Source: Podarcis erhardii (taxonomy: Eukaryota). From it: a stretch of DNA of 64,000 nucleotides. The position numbers were made by a program, and so were the translations under genes. Location of the stretch: NCBI GenBank assembly GCA_964252035.1, contig OZ176203.1; one strand, 5' to 3'. Shown here piece after piece: positions 49,401-62,005 of this stretch (position 1 is its first letter; every line of letters starts with the position of its first letter). The notes under the pieces are model-generated. The model saw nothing but the letters and a program-made list of their open reading frames with translations. It had not been told where the DNA came from and searched no databases.

Positions 49401-50282
49401 GTTTTTGCCTGGAAGTTGTTTTGAGTACTGTATTTCACTCAGCAATGGTTTTTAAATTCTCATACAAAAGACCATGGCTTGCTTCTGTCCTGCTAATTTA
49501 AATATGTGCAACTGACATAATTATGCCTAATTATTAATGCTAATTCTTTCTATTTTTAAAACAAGCACAGTCTTGTGTCTTTATTCAACTTCTGATCCAG
49601 AAAAAAATATTTTCAGTCAAATTTGCTAGAACTTTAGCTGAAAAGAGCTAAGTCTATTCATGGTATGGATTTTTTTTCTTCTTATTTGTTCACCAGTTTT
49701 AAAACACTTTATAATGTGTTGCTAATTACATAGAAACCTAGCGTAATACCTAAAAGTGTGTGCCAACAAATGCATGGTTCAATTCTCTTCCCAGCCACAA
49801 ATTCTCTCAGCCTTTGTTGTATGAGAATAATGCTGGCTTAACTTGGCTGTTGTGAGCTTGCCTGATATAATATGTTCAATGTGCTTCTAATATTAATATA
49901 CCCACTGAGTTCTGTGGGACTTACTCTTAAGTTTAGTGTGTGCTGTATTGTGGTTGTAAACACTTAACTTCCTATTTACGGTACATACTGCGTTTTAAAG
50001 GTTACATTCCAGTTACTTTTTTTCTTCATTATATATATGGTAACCATTTCTAGCTAGCACTCCATGAGGTTACTGCTTACTCTACATAGAAACAAACAAA
50101 GCAGCAACAACACAAAGAGGAGAGTATAACATCAAATCACTGTTTCTTTTGTGTTCTAAAGGGTTCATATGATCCAGAGACCATGGCATAGCTCTATGTT
50201 AGCCCTCCTACTGCAAAGTTGATCCTTCTGTTTTGTTTTGGAAATCAATTTATTTGTGGATTAATTGAAGCAATATGATATA

Positions 50283-50519
50283 CAGTGGTACCTCGGGTTA
50301 CATATGTTTCAGGTTACATATGCTTCAGGTTACAGACTCTGCTAACCCAGAAATAGTACCTCGGGTTAAGAACTTTGTTTCAGGATGAGAACAGAAATCG
50401 TGCTACGGCGGCACAGCAGCAGCAGGAGGCCCCATTAGCTAAAGTGGTGCTTCATGTTAAGAACAGTTTCAGGTTAAGAATGGACCTCTGGAACGAATTA
50501 AGTACCCGAGGTACCACTG
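50283..50519 (+). mobile_element. Tc1/mariner MITE family A, copy 3
   Basis: Same TIRs, TA flanks; extra 16-bp subterminal unit. Confidence 0.9.
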
Positions 50520-51182
50520 TACACAAGTTTATTTGAGAAATAATCTTAGTTTGCCCTCCATGCTGAATAGCACAACCAGTGGAGTACTTCTACTCTGCTC
50601 TCTGGTATGGAAATACAAACAATTTGTATTTTATCATAGATCTTCAGCTAGTGGATTGGACACCACACCATGTCACATGAGAATCTAAAATGGTACACCT
50701 TCTTAAAAAGGGAGGGAGAGAAAAGGGGAAATAGAGCTATTGGGAAGGGCATGGAGAGATAGAAGACCCGTATTGTACATTGAAATTAGTTGCATCCCTT
50801 GTCTGAAAAGGTGGAGGAATACTGTTTTAAACAAAATGAATGTGTTTATAATTTCATCTTGTTAAATATGAATAGTTTGCAAAAGTTTACTCAATAGTTT
50901 GGATAATGGTTTCAACCAGATAGAATTGAAAAACAGCCCTGATTCTCATGCCATTGACTTCAAAAGCTATGTGCTTTAGAGGTCCATACAGCCTCTATGA
51001 AAACTGAAGTCATGTGCCCACTTTCTGATAGTGAGCCCAGTCAACTTACTTCTGAGTGAACATGCCTAGGATTTTGTGTTATAAGACATTTCAGTTACAT
51101 TATTAAACAGGGTCGTTCAGGAGTAGTAAAAATGGGTGCTGATTGTATTCTGTTTTGGAGGTTGAAACCCCAAAACTACACA

Positions 51183-51183
<1 letters not shown>

Positions 51184-51218
<35 letters not shown>
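51184..51218. repeat. (AC)n microsatellite, about 17 units
   Basis: Direct reading. Confidence 0.95.
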
Positions 51219-51219
<1 letters not shown>

Positions 51220-54200
51220 GCTTTTAAGTAAACCTCCTCAAAACGTGATGGTCCCTGTGTGTCAAACTGGGTAGCGATTGTTCTACAATAAGAAAGAATA
51301 GTTCACTACAGTCAGTTCCTTCTTCAAAGAAGGCCTTTCAAAGGGCTAGTAATTACTTACTCATATGCCAAAAGTTGCTACATGTAGAGATCAAAAGATG
51401 CTGCCACTGCACTCTCTGGGTTTTTTTGTGATCTTCTAGCTGTGTTAGTAAAATGAGAATTGCATTTTTTTCTCCTCCCTGTGACTAGAAGTTTGCATTA
51501 AGGTTGCTTACATGATTCCTACTATAGCTTTTTATTTGGTTTTCAAGATAGTATTTAGAAAGGAACATTTGAACATTCATAGTTTAGTCTTTCTGGTAGT
51601 GGAATGTAAAACTCGTTAGAATAACTTTAGGAATTAATATATGGCTAATAGTTTTGTTTGGTCCATTTGTCCGTCTTTCTTGTTGGATCACCTATTTCGA
51701 CTTTTGTAACTGCACTGTGAAACTCACGCCATTCACCCATCTAATAAATCTACAAATAATGTTCTTACTAGCAGAATAGCTAAGGAGTGGAGAAGTTGTA
51801 TGAGTCTATCTTAAGAGACAATCCTCCCTCTTCCTGTAAAAAAACCCAGCTGGAACCCTACTTATGTGTGGAAAAACTATACATACCTAATTAAACATGG
51901 CAATAGGATTTGTCACTTCTGCTGTGCATGAATGCACAATCAAATGAGTGGCAGGTTTCCACTGTGTATAAGTAGCAAAATAGATATGTACTATTTGTGA
52001 ATTCAGAGGAATTCTTATTAACCCCCATTAAGCCATTAAATTGTATGCTTAATATTCTAAATGAAATGTATTAAAAATATAATGCAAAATATCATATTTT
52101 AGCTTTCGTAGTGTTCTTCCAAAAGTCACCATGACTGTAACTACATAGTATTATTACTATAGAGTGAAATTGTTTGCCTGATCTGTAACTTTTTTTTTTT
52201 TAAAGTAGGTACTATTAATATCGGCAGTGACAAAGGTCTGTATGTGAGTGCATGCATGCATGTGTTGCGGAGATGGAAGGGTGTACTCAAACTAACTTGA
52301 TGATATGCCTTCCTGCCTCTCACCTCTCTCTTTTGGTAAAGCTGCTAGGAAAGGACAGCAGCTGCTGCATGCTGAGTTGCATAAATATAAGGTGCTGTTC
52401 ATTATGAGTTTCATTCCATATTTGCCAGGTGCAAAGTGCACTCTAGTGTTTGGTGTCAAAGGAACAGAGGGACATTCACTCTTGGCCAGAAATTTTCCCT
52501 CGTGGCAAGTATCTGATGTGTACATACTCTCATTCTGCTATCAGGCAAGTGGTTACGCTACATGCTGGCTTGTTAAACTGGCAGTCCCTTGGCAGATGTC
52601 TAGACAAGCTGCCAACTATTAGTGCTGGATGCTTTAAACCAGCTTCAGTCTGATGATCCCTGGGTTCCCGAAGAACCATAAACATGTGGAGTCAGGGGAT
52701 TAACGTATCTCTCTTCTGGCTTGGCCAGTAAAGATGAGCCATGTGACTAACAGTGATTGGTGCAATATATGTAAACAGTACCATAGTCTTCAAGCCCATC
52801 CAGATTTTCCAAGTGATTACTTTAGACATTGTCAGCAAAAGCGTGCAAAAAACTAACAAACAGCATTTCTCCCTCCTTTGCATGGGAGCTATCCCTTATA
52901 GATTACAGATAGGAGAAAATGCCATGTGCCATGTTGTATGTGTACACTTGACTTCTGAAAGGAACAAAGATGAGGTGAATGGGGGCACATTTTTTCCAGC
53001 TTTCTCCCTAAAAGGCCTCTTGCAAGATTGTGTCTTTGTGGCTTTTTGTCAATTCTCTTCTGAGATTTGATAAGCCTTATTGGTATTGGGGGTAAGAAGG
53101 AAGGACTACAAAGTGTCCAATGAAGAAAAACAACACAAAATTACCTTCAGAAAATATAGAGGCATTGCTGTAGTGAGAGAAGTGACTGCTGTGTCATTAC
53201 TTGCCAGCTGAGTTTGTTTTAAACAAAACCAAATGGACTACATAGTAAGGAAGTGCAGAATCTCCATAAGATGATCCAGGCATTGACTGAAAGAAGCTTT
53301 CACTGGAAAGTGATGGTGCCACATACAGCGCAATGGGAACCTTTGGCACTCAAACAGCCATATTCCATGAAGCAATCTCAATAGCAATAGATGACATAAT
53401 CTCTGAGCAAAGAACCATATATGCCTGCTGAAAAAGAACTGCAGTTTCATTACCTTATGGTTCACATGCAACAATGATTCATCAGGTTCATTTGCTGGAA
53501 AGGCCTAAAGTTACCAGATTAAAATAACCTCCAGTTACATTGTTGTGAAATAGTTTGATTTAAAAGAATTCCAGTAAAATGTACATTACAGGATTAGAAT
53601 AAAACCAGTGATTCATTCATTGGCTTAAAATTTATCGTGCAATGAAAATGTAAACAGACTTGATGATATTTCGAATGTGAGTTATTTCATTTAGCTGGTG
53701 AGGATGTATAGCAATTTTAGTGTAGCAAAAGGGTGATTTCACAAACAATGCAAAGTGGTTATTATTGCCTTTGTGCTATAGTTTAATGATTGGGCCTTTT
53801 ACAGAGTGATGGGAAAGTACTTTTTTAATAGCTGACTATGATTTCTTCCCAAATGGAAGCTACTAATTTAAGGATGATTACCGGTAAATGTGTGTGAGAC
53901 ACTATAAAAACTTCCATCAGAAAACTTTGACTTCTTTGAGTTTGATTTCTTTGAAAACTGGTAAAGGAAAGGGGAAGTTAAAAACAAAACCCCACAAGTA
54001 AATTATTAAGAGAGAGTTATACTCCTCAGTGTTTTTACTACCATTTTTAAAATTCTGCAGCTTTACTGAAGAATTACAATGATGTGTGCAAGATATGATT
54101 GTAGTAGCTCTAGTTCCTAAATTAACACCCTAAGCCAGGTGTAGGCAGAAGGCCCTTTAAGTGTAACCATTCTTCAACACTTTCAGGTAAAAAGAAACTG

Positions 54201-54478
54201 AGTGCTTGCCACGGACGTTTGACCTTCTCTAATGTATTAATAGCAGTGCATTGAATTGGTTGCCATATCTGTATCCTTCATGTAAGGATAGATATTTGCC
54301 AACTCATTAAGCATGTGTAATTGAAGAATTTTTCACTTTTAAGGAGGATAAAATGGTTTAAAAGCAGTCCTCCAAATTTCATTGCTCATGTTCTATTTCA
54401 AGCACATTGTTGCAAAATTCCTCTCATATAGTTGAGGATGTCACTAATCAAGGTACTTTGAGTGACCCTGCCTTAGAG

Positions 54479-54568
54479 CAGCTTCCCCCAACCTACCGCC
54501 AATGTTGTTGGACTGCAATAGGGATTCATGGGAGTTGCATGTCAATACATCAAGAGAACACCAGATTG
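54479..54568. mobile_element. Internally deleted palindromic hAT MITE
   Basis: CAGCTTCCCCAACCT..TGTTGTTGGACTGCAA..GATTCATGGGAGTTGCATG..; flanks CCTTAGAG / CTTTAGAG (7/8 TSD). Confidence 0.55.
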
Positions 54569-54592
54569 CTTTAGAGCTAGAAACCTAATTAA

Positions 54593-54660
54593 CCTGGCGT
54601 GCTCTGGTCCATGGGGTCATGAAGAGTAGGGCACGACTAAACGACTAAACAACAACAACA
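54593..54660 (+). mobile_element. RTE-BovB 3' terminal fragment
   Basis: CCTGGCGTGCTCTGGTCCATGGGGTCATGAAGAGTAGGGCACGACTAAACGACTAAAC(AAC)n. Confidence 0.85.
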
Positions 54661-54949
54661 GCAATAATTAACTTGGAGGAAACATACACTCTTTCCAAGT
54701 TTTAGCAACCAACTGTATTTTAAAATTATAAGTTGGCCAGTGCAGCCAAAACTTTGGTTGAGACTTTAATTTCCTGGTTTGTGCACCTGGAAGTCAATAA
54801 CTAAAGCACAAGCAATAGCTGAGAGGAAGAAAGCCCAGTGTGCTCATTTGTTATAAGTATCAGACCACAACACTGGTTATCTAAATTATAGACAAAAAGA
54901 ACTATTCCTTGTGATGATAATTGGACATAATTCAAGGGAAGTTGGAATA

Positions 54950-55175
54950 CAGTGGTACCTCAGGTTACATATGCTTCAGGTTACAGACTCCGCTAACCCA
55001 GAAATAGTGCTTCAGGTTAAGAACTTTGCTTCAGGATGAGAACAGAAATCGTGCTTCAGCGGTGCGGCGGCAGCAGGAGGCCCCATTAGCTAAAGTGGTG
55101 CTTCAGGTTAAGAACAGTTTCAGGTTAAGAACGGACCTACGGAACGAATTAAGTACTTTACCCGAGGTACCACTG
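54950..55175 (+). mobile_element. Tc1/mariner MITE family A, copy 4
   Basis: Same TIRs and body, TA flanks. Confidence 0.9.
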
Positions 55176-55530
55176 TATCATGTAGGAAGAGTGAACATTC
55201 AGCATTTGCATCTAAGGACCACATAGAAGATAATTCAAATGGGCGCAAGCTATGTAATTTGTGTTAAGTGATGTTAGTGATTTTAATTTGTGCCCTAAGA
55301 GTTGATAAAAAATAGTTTTCATGGAGTATTATGAGGAACATTTGAGAACTTAAAATGACTTCTAATAAAGTGGTTTGGATGGCTGAATGACTCCTGCACA
55401 ACTTATTATATTTTGCTTGATCTCAAACATGTCTATTTGTTTTTGAGTGCTGATTTTGACAAAGACCTTGGTGTCTTGAGGCTAGGTTGTCCCAAGGACC
55501 ATCTCCTCCTAAGTGAACTTGCCCCAGTTT

Positions 55531-55670
55531 TAAATAATAATAATAATAATAATAAATAATATATTTATTTATATCCCACCCATCTGGCTGGGTTTCCCCA
55601 GCCACTCTGGACAGCTTCCAACAAAATATAAAAAAATACAATAAAACATCAAATATTAAAAACTCCCCCC
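55531..55670 (-). mobile_element. L2 3' end fragment with (AAT)n tail
   Basis: (AAT)7..ATTTATTTATATCCCACCCATCTGGCTGGGTTTCCCCAGCCACTCTGGACAGCTTCCAAC. Confidence 0.65.
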
Positions 55671-57609
55671 AAAATTAGTTCATTAGTACCCTTGCCCCAA
55701 AGGTTGTGATGGGTGGTAAAAATAAAAATAAAAATTCTTAGTGGTGGAGCCAGATTCTAGAATAATCTCCAGTTATTTGGGACCAGTCATTCATGTCCTT
55801 CACACTGGACCACTGCCCTTCCAGCCAGAGAGAAAGTGACAAACACATAGCAATTGAAGTTATAACTTGTTAAAATAGTGAGATCTTTACTAATGTCACT
55901 ACTATTGTGGTATAAAATATGCTTCCTCCCTTAACTGTCACCTAGCAGCAGCCATTTCATCAGCAGAGGGAGGAAAGATGGGAAGCAGGCCTACCACCTG
56001 CTCCATTAAGGTCAGGTTCCCCTCTCAGTCAGCTGTGACTTGGTAGCATCCAGTGCATCAGGCTGCAGCTGAGAAGGGATGCAGGGCCACTCTATCAGCA
56101 CAATTGATTTACCAGCAACCTTTCCACCTCAGCAGGTCATTAGAAGAACTTTTAACTAATAATTTGTTCCTGAGTTGACTTTTTTCTCATCCATCTTGCT
56201 CCATTTTTCTTTCATGTTGTGTCTTCTTAGATTGTGAGCGATGAGGGCAAGGCATCCCTTTTTAAGTGATTTGTAAGCCTGTGGTTTTTTTTGGTTGATG
56301 AGTGGAATAAAAATGAATAACACACCTGAATATGCTATTTATAACTATGAATGTATGTCATAGGAATATTTGAAGCAACTTGCTGCATTATTGCTCGAAA
56401 AATGACATTAACATGGAGAACTAAAGTAAAGGAAAATGATATTTTAAGAGAGTAAGAGTGCTGATTGTGATGCATTTGTCCATTAATTTTGGCAGTTACT
56501 GTAGGGTAAGTTACCATGTGTGAAAAATGATGCTAATATTTGGTAATGAATGACAAGTAATAATTCAATGGACACTATGGTTCATTGCTTACATAGCATT
56601 TTGTGAAAAGAAAAAGTCACACATTGAAAATGATTCAGTTTATATACTTGCAGAAGTATTTACAGAGGATTCTTTAGAAGACTGTCTGGAACGTTGAACT
56701 TGCTTTGAAGCTTCTCCTTTGAATATAACTCATTAATATTCACAGAATAATGCTAGCCTATATGGAAGTTGTACAGTTGCAGCATAAAAGGGAAGCAACT
56801 GATGTTGCATAGTGTTTATTTCAGTTACATTTGTATATTTTATTGTTTTCATCTGGCAGTTTATACACAGAAGTAACTTAGCAGAATTCTTACCTGAACT
56901 GCTATTGTTAATGCCCCCCATCCCCCCCCCGGTTTTTCATAATTTCATTAAGGGATTACAGTGGTAACAATAACAGAACTTCTGCTTTTGCCAAGCTTTT
57001 AGCATCAGGGAGCTGAGTCAAATGAACACTGAGTAGGAACATATTTAGAAACATTGGACAAAACAAAAGAGATGTTTGTCCTCTTGAAGGCTAACAGATT
57101 TATTGTAACACTTTGTGGACTACAAACCATTTCACAGGAACTTGACCTGGTAATAATAGTATTAACAGTAGAAAGCTAGGCATAATTAATGTATTGCAAG
57201 AACCTTAGTCAAATATTGACAATAAGAAAGATGAGCTGTGGTGGGACTTGAGCTTGCACACTACAGGCAATGACTGATTTATTCATGTCTGCATGGTGCC
57301 AAATCCAGAGGTGACCCAAAATGTCAACAAAAGGGCAGAATGGGGATGGAATAGGTGGGGTGGAATGGAATGGAATGCTTTATGTGGGCCCCACAAACAC
57401 ATTTGTGCAGGAACATAACCCCTGCACAAAACGAGTATTGCTTGTGCAATATTTCCTCTTCCAGCTTGGCCACAAGCAGGAGATCAGAAACTTTCACCTT
57501 AGTTTTAGATTAACCATAGCTAGGGTTCAGATGTAATGCTGCACTGTGATTAATTTTAACTATGGCTTTTTAAAGAAAATCAGCTTTAAGGAAAGTGTCT
57601 GAATCAAAG

Positions 57610-58030
57610 GTTTTATTTATAGAATTATATACTGCTTTCAACCCCCATAAGCTCCCCTAAGGCAGTGCACAATAATAAAAACCCAATTCTAATAACAGTA
57701 AAAGTTGAAAACAGTAAAACTACTACAAAACAAAATAAAAATAACAACAAGTTAACATACAGATAAAACCCTTTAAAGTTCTGATGAAATAAGTGCATAT
57801 TGATTGCCTCTATCTTTGTGGAGAGAGCTCCACAACTGAGTTAACTCCCACAGAGGCCCTCATCCCATGTTATTGCTAGCTGTACCTCTCATGGTGAAAC
57901 ATAGAGCCAGTGATTGTAATTGATAACAGGTCAACAGGGAAGGAGTTCGTCCTTCAGATATTCTGGTTACAAGCTATTTAGGCTTCATAGATAATAAGCA
58001 GCACTTTGAATTAGGCCTTGAAACCAATAG
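57610..58030 (-). mobile_element. Old L2 3' fragment
   Basis: TTTATTTATAG..TATACTGCTTTC..GGCAGTGCACAAT..GAGAGAGCTCCACAACTGAG..CCTTCAGATATTCTGG..CAGCACTTTGAATTAGGCC. Confidence 0.55.
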
Positions 58031-58191
58031 GTATTTGTGCAGAAGAAATAGAAAGCCAACTTCACTTTCCCACAGCTGAAGACATACTTTGATTTGTAAT
58101 ATTTGTTCGAAGTGCATATTTTGTTTCATGTGCTGATAAAAAAAACCCTTTGCTAAACATGCTTCAAAATCGCCTGTAGTGTCCAGCTTAG

Positions 58192-58270
58192 TATCACAGA
58201 ATTGTAGAGTTAGATGGGATCATGGAAGGGACCAACTAATCCACCCCTCTGCAATGCAGGAATATGTTAA
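58192..58270 (-). mobile_element. 3' part of the tRNA-Lys/CR1-tail SINE
   Basis: CAGAATTGTAGAGTT..GGAAGGGACC..CCCCTCTGCAATGCAGGAAT, homologous to 23570-23625. Confidence 0.5.
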
Positions 58271-58272
58271 TA

Positions 58273-58489
58273 CAGTGGTACCTCAGGTTACGAACTTAAT
58301 TCATTCCAGCCGTCCATTCTTAACCCGAAACAGTTCTTAACCTGAGGCACACTTTCACTAATGGGGCCTCCTGCTGCCGTCACCGTGCGATTTCCATTCT
58401 CATTCTGGGGCAAAGTTCGCAACCTCAGGTACTACTTCCGGGTTAGTGGAATTTGTAACCCAAAGTGTTTGTAACCCAAGGTACCACTG
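58273..58489 (-). mobile_element. Tc1/mariner MITE family A, divergent subfamily, opposite orientation
   Basis: Same TIRs, TA flanks; body is the reverse complement of the other copies with diagnostic differences. Confidence 0.88.
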
Positions 58490-58689
58490 TATACATTCCA
58501 TTTCCAAAGTGCGTGTGAAATTCTACACCCCCATTTTATTGTATGCCACTATTTGGTGGACATTAGTGATTTACACATATTCACACACCTCTTGGCATAA
58601 TCTGGTATGTGATAATAAGGATACATTAATATAGATTTTTTATTTGTGAAACTGAGGTAAAGAAAGTGGAATAATTCTTCATATTTGCG

Positions 58690-59475
58690 TGCTGAGGTCC
58701 CCCAAAACACCCCTACCCCAATAACTCACACATCACACATAATTTTTGTTTAAGGTTTTTGGCATAATTTTGGCCACAACTTTATTAAACATACATAGAT
58801 GTGAGTGGTTATTTAGGCATTGGTTATGACTATCTGTCCCCCCCGCCTTAGGGACAGAACTGACTCCCGGATTCCAGCGAAAGTCAGTGAGGGGAAACAA
58901 AATCAGGGATAACTGGAGCTGCGCCACAGGCCCTCAGCTTCTCTCCGCATGCTCCCAGGGGCTTACGCGGCCCAAACCCGATTCCAGGGGTTTGGACGAA
59001 AGGATGGTAAGCCCCTGAATTCCTTTAACGGAATTCCCTTGCAGCAGCAGCATTGGAGGGGCAGGCCCAGCCAATCCTTACTCCTCCTCCAACCAATTTT
59101 AACCAATGCCTAACCGCTAACCTTACAAGTTGTGACGATTTGCTACGCAGTAGGCAAAAACCAAATGGCACACACTAATCAGCCAGATGGACAAAATTCC
59201 TACCAGGTCCCTGCCCCAAGGCAGATGACCCCATGACAGGCATAGCAAGGTCAAAGCACAAGCCCAAAGCAAGGGAGGGAGGGCGGGTGATCCGGTGCCC
59301 ACAGCGAAAGAGAAAGCAGATCACTGTGAGCACTGTTTAAATAATCTCTGTTCCCACCGCCAAACTGGCAACATCAATTTTACCCCAGCAACACAATCAA
59401 CCAATCCTTGCCAGGCCCCACTATCCTACACTGCCTGGCAACTACGGGGTGTCTTGCCTGGCCCCATCCGCAACA
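58690..59475 (-). mobile_element. Young solo-LTR-like element, 786 bp
   Basis: TGCTGAGG / CCGCAACA imperfect inverted termini; CpG-rich; on minus: ATTGG near 59400, TATTTAAA at 59343-59336, AATAAA at 58786-58781 followed by a GT-rich tract. No TSD; class and orientation are inferred. Confidence 0.55.
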
Positions 59476-60773
59476 CACGCTATCTTTTAATGAGAACACG
59501 CTTTCACAAAATGGTTGCTTCTTATCACAACATGAAGTAATCTGAAATGGACCTCAGTTGCCACTATCACGAGAACACCCTAATCAATATTTTATGGCAA
59601 TGAAGTTTATTTTTTGGTCCTCTGTAGTGGTAGACATGAGCTATCTGGTTTGCACTTCACAGCTGTTGTCATATGGTGGCCAGCACTTTGGACTTCTATT
59701 TCATTAAGGAATGTACATTATTTTGTGTTTTATTTATTAAATAAAAAGGAGCTCAGGGTTGCTTCATCACAGCTGAACATACTGCAATTCTAGAGTTTAA
59801 TAACTGTTATTAGTTTTCTGTTGAGTATGCAATAATGCATTATTTCATAAAGGCTTGTTTGCACAATTTGTATATCACCTGAATCAGTCCCAGGGCAAGT
59901 CTTAGTATAGTAGAAGAAGACATGGCTTCACAAGTCATTGCCACACTTCAGCAAAACATCCCACCCAGAAGCATCTCTTACCACCCTGTATCCAAGCCAG
60001 CTTTTGTAACTCAGCCATTTCATCACATCTCCAAGGGCTTTACTTGATTCATTTGACTTTCATTCAACACCTGATTCCTGATAGCTTTCTTAGGCCTGCT
60101 AATTAAACACAGAATCAACCTGAGACAGCTTCTCTTCAAAGAATTGAACATGGCATGTGTTGTCGCTCTGTAAAAATGAATCTGATCGGCACATGATTGG
60201 AGTGTTGGCACAGCTCTTAATTTCTGGCTCTGTGTGGAGCATTTCTGAGGTTTCTCTACTCCACCCAGACATTTGCTGTGACTAGCATTCTATGTTATAC
60301 TTGTTAAATCCTGCAGGAAAAACTTATAGTAGTCATTCATTATCCCACTTTTTCAAGGCTGTAATAAAGAAAATGTTAAAACAGAGCTATCTGTGAGTGG
60401 GAATGTGCTGGTGGGAAGGGGGCAGGAAGCAAAGATATGTTTTCTTAAAAACAAAAGGAGTTGCTTCAATGTCTTGGGTAGTATAATCTGGCATGCATAT
60501 GTATTCAGTAGATGAATGTTTGTGTTTCTGTTCTCTTTTTTTGCATTCATATGTATCTATAGTAAATATCTATTTAATTAAAAGTTTAAAATCTAATATC
60601 CAACATGGGATACAGCTGAGGTGGGGAAGTACGCATGTAAAATATGCTACTCATGAGGTCTGCTGAGACTCTGTTTTTGCTGTGGTAGCTGGAGGCAACC
60701 TAGTCTTGATTAGCAGTCTGGTTTCCTAAAAGATTTCCCAGGCCTTCCCCCATGTCAGCTAGATTTTTAACTA

Positions 60774-61030
60774 CCATATTTTTTGCTCTATAAGACTCAC
60801 TTTTTCCCTCCTAAAAAGTAAGGGGAAATGTGTGTGCGTCTTATGGAGCGAATGGAGGCTGCGCAGCTATCACAGAAGCCAGAACAGCAAGAGGGATTGC
60901 TGCTTTCACTGCGCAGCGATCCCTCTTGCTGTTCTGACTCCTGAGATTCAGAATATTTTTTTTTCTTGTTTTCCTCCAAAAACTAGGTGCGTCTTGTGGT
61001 CTGGTGCGTCTTATACAGCGAAAAATACGG
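60774..61030. mobile_element. Tc1/mariner Tc2/pogo-like MITE
   Basis: TIRs CCATATTTTTTGCTCTATAAGAC / GTCTTATACAGCGAAAAATACGG, TA flanks; internal 24-bp hairpin CAGAACAGCAAGAGGGATTGCTGC / GCAGCGATCCCTCTTGCTGTTCTG. Confidence 0.85.
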
Positions 61031-61763
61031 TATTTGCCTGTATACATTTCTTTAAAATAAATGCAAATTGATTCTCAAAATCCAAAAATGTATTAATAGA
61101 AAAAATGCAGTAATTCATTTATTTAAAAGGATGCATACTAAATTTAAATGTTGTTAGTAGTGCATAAAAATGGCAAGAGATGGTAACTACAGAAGCCCAC
61201 TTGAAATAAAACTTGTTTTCTTCGGATCACGGTTAGGCAAAAAGAGAATCTTAGCCTGCATCTCAGATGCTTGGGTCACTAGAGCCTTTCACAGGAGAAA
61301 AATAATGGTTTGGTATGCTATTCTCCGAATTTGTTTACTGCGGTATATATTTGAATCAAATCCACCATAGCTTATAAGAACAACTGCCTTGAAGCAGAGT
61401 GGTTGTTTACACACAGCTTCTTTCTTAACTGTTAGGCTCTCTGTTCCTGTGGGAGTAGCTGGCATGCATCAGTTTAGCGTAGGCTCAAGGGAAATTATTA
61501 GTTTTACAGTTCACTTTCCTGGCTTGGGCAGAATATGTGCTAGCCAATTCCAGCACTGTTGCAGCCGAGAAGCTGCAGTTACTATGCTTGGCTTAATATT
61601 GAAAGCACCCTAAAAGCTAAAGTTATCCTGCAAGGTTCAGCAAATATGGAATGCCTGGATTTGTAAATGGCAAAGTACAAATGTTTTTATTCATGGATTA
61701 TGGGCTGTGTAGCACACTTCACCTTATCAAGTTGGGACACATTAGAGTTTTTAAAACTATGTA

Positions 61764-62005
61764 CAGTGGTACCTTGGGTTACATACACTTCAGGTTACAT
61801 ACACTTCAGGTTACAGACTCCGCTAACCCAGAAATAGTACCTTGGGTTAAGGACTTTGCTTCAGGATGAGAACAGAAATTGTGTGGTGGCGGCGTGGCAG
61901 CAGCGGGAGGCCCCATTTGCTAAAGTGGTGCTTCAGGTTAAGAACAGTTTCAGGTTAAGAATGGACCACCAGAATGAATTAAGTATGTAACCAGAGGCAC
62001 CACTG
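61764..62005 (+). mobile_element. Tc1/mariner MITE family A, copy 5
   Basis: Same TIRs, TA flanks; extra 16-bp subterminal unit. Confidence 0.9.

Noticed and set aside
52429-52508. Possible cassette exon (CCAG|GTGCAAAG...GGCAA|GTATCT) reading GAKCTLVFGVK... after exon 1b
   Set aside because: 80 nt, ends in phase 0 and so is incompatible with the next ROBO1 exon; weak pyrimidine tract; no similarity to ROBO1.
52635-52675. CTGATGA...CCCGAAG hammerhead-like string
   Set aside because: No GAAA, no closing stem II pair and no stem I; chance match. The CTGATGA near 628 fails likewise.
58900-59020. HDV-like ribozyme fit (hairpin followed by ACGAA)
   Set aside because: Could not form P1/P2/P3 with correct lengths or an L3 with P1.1.
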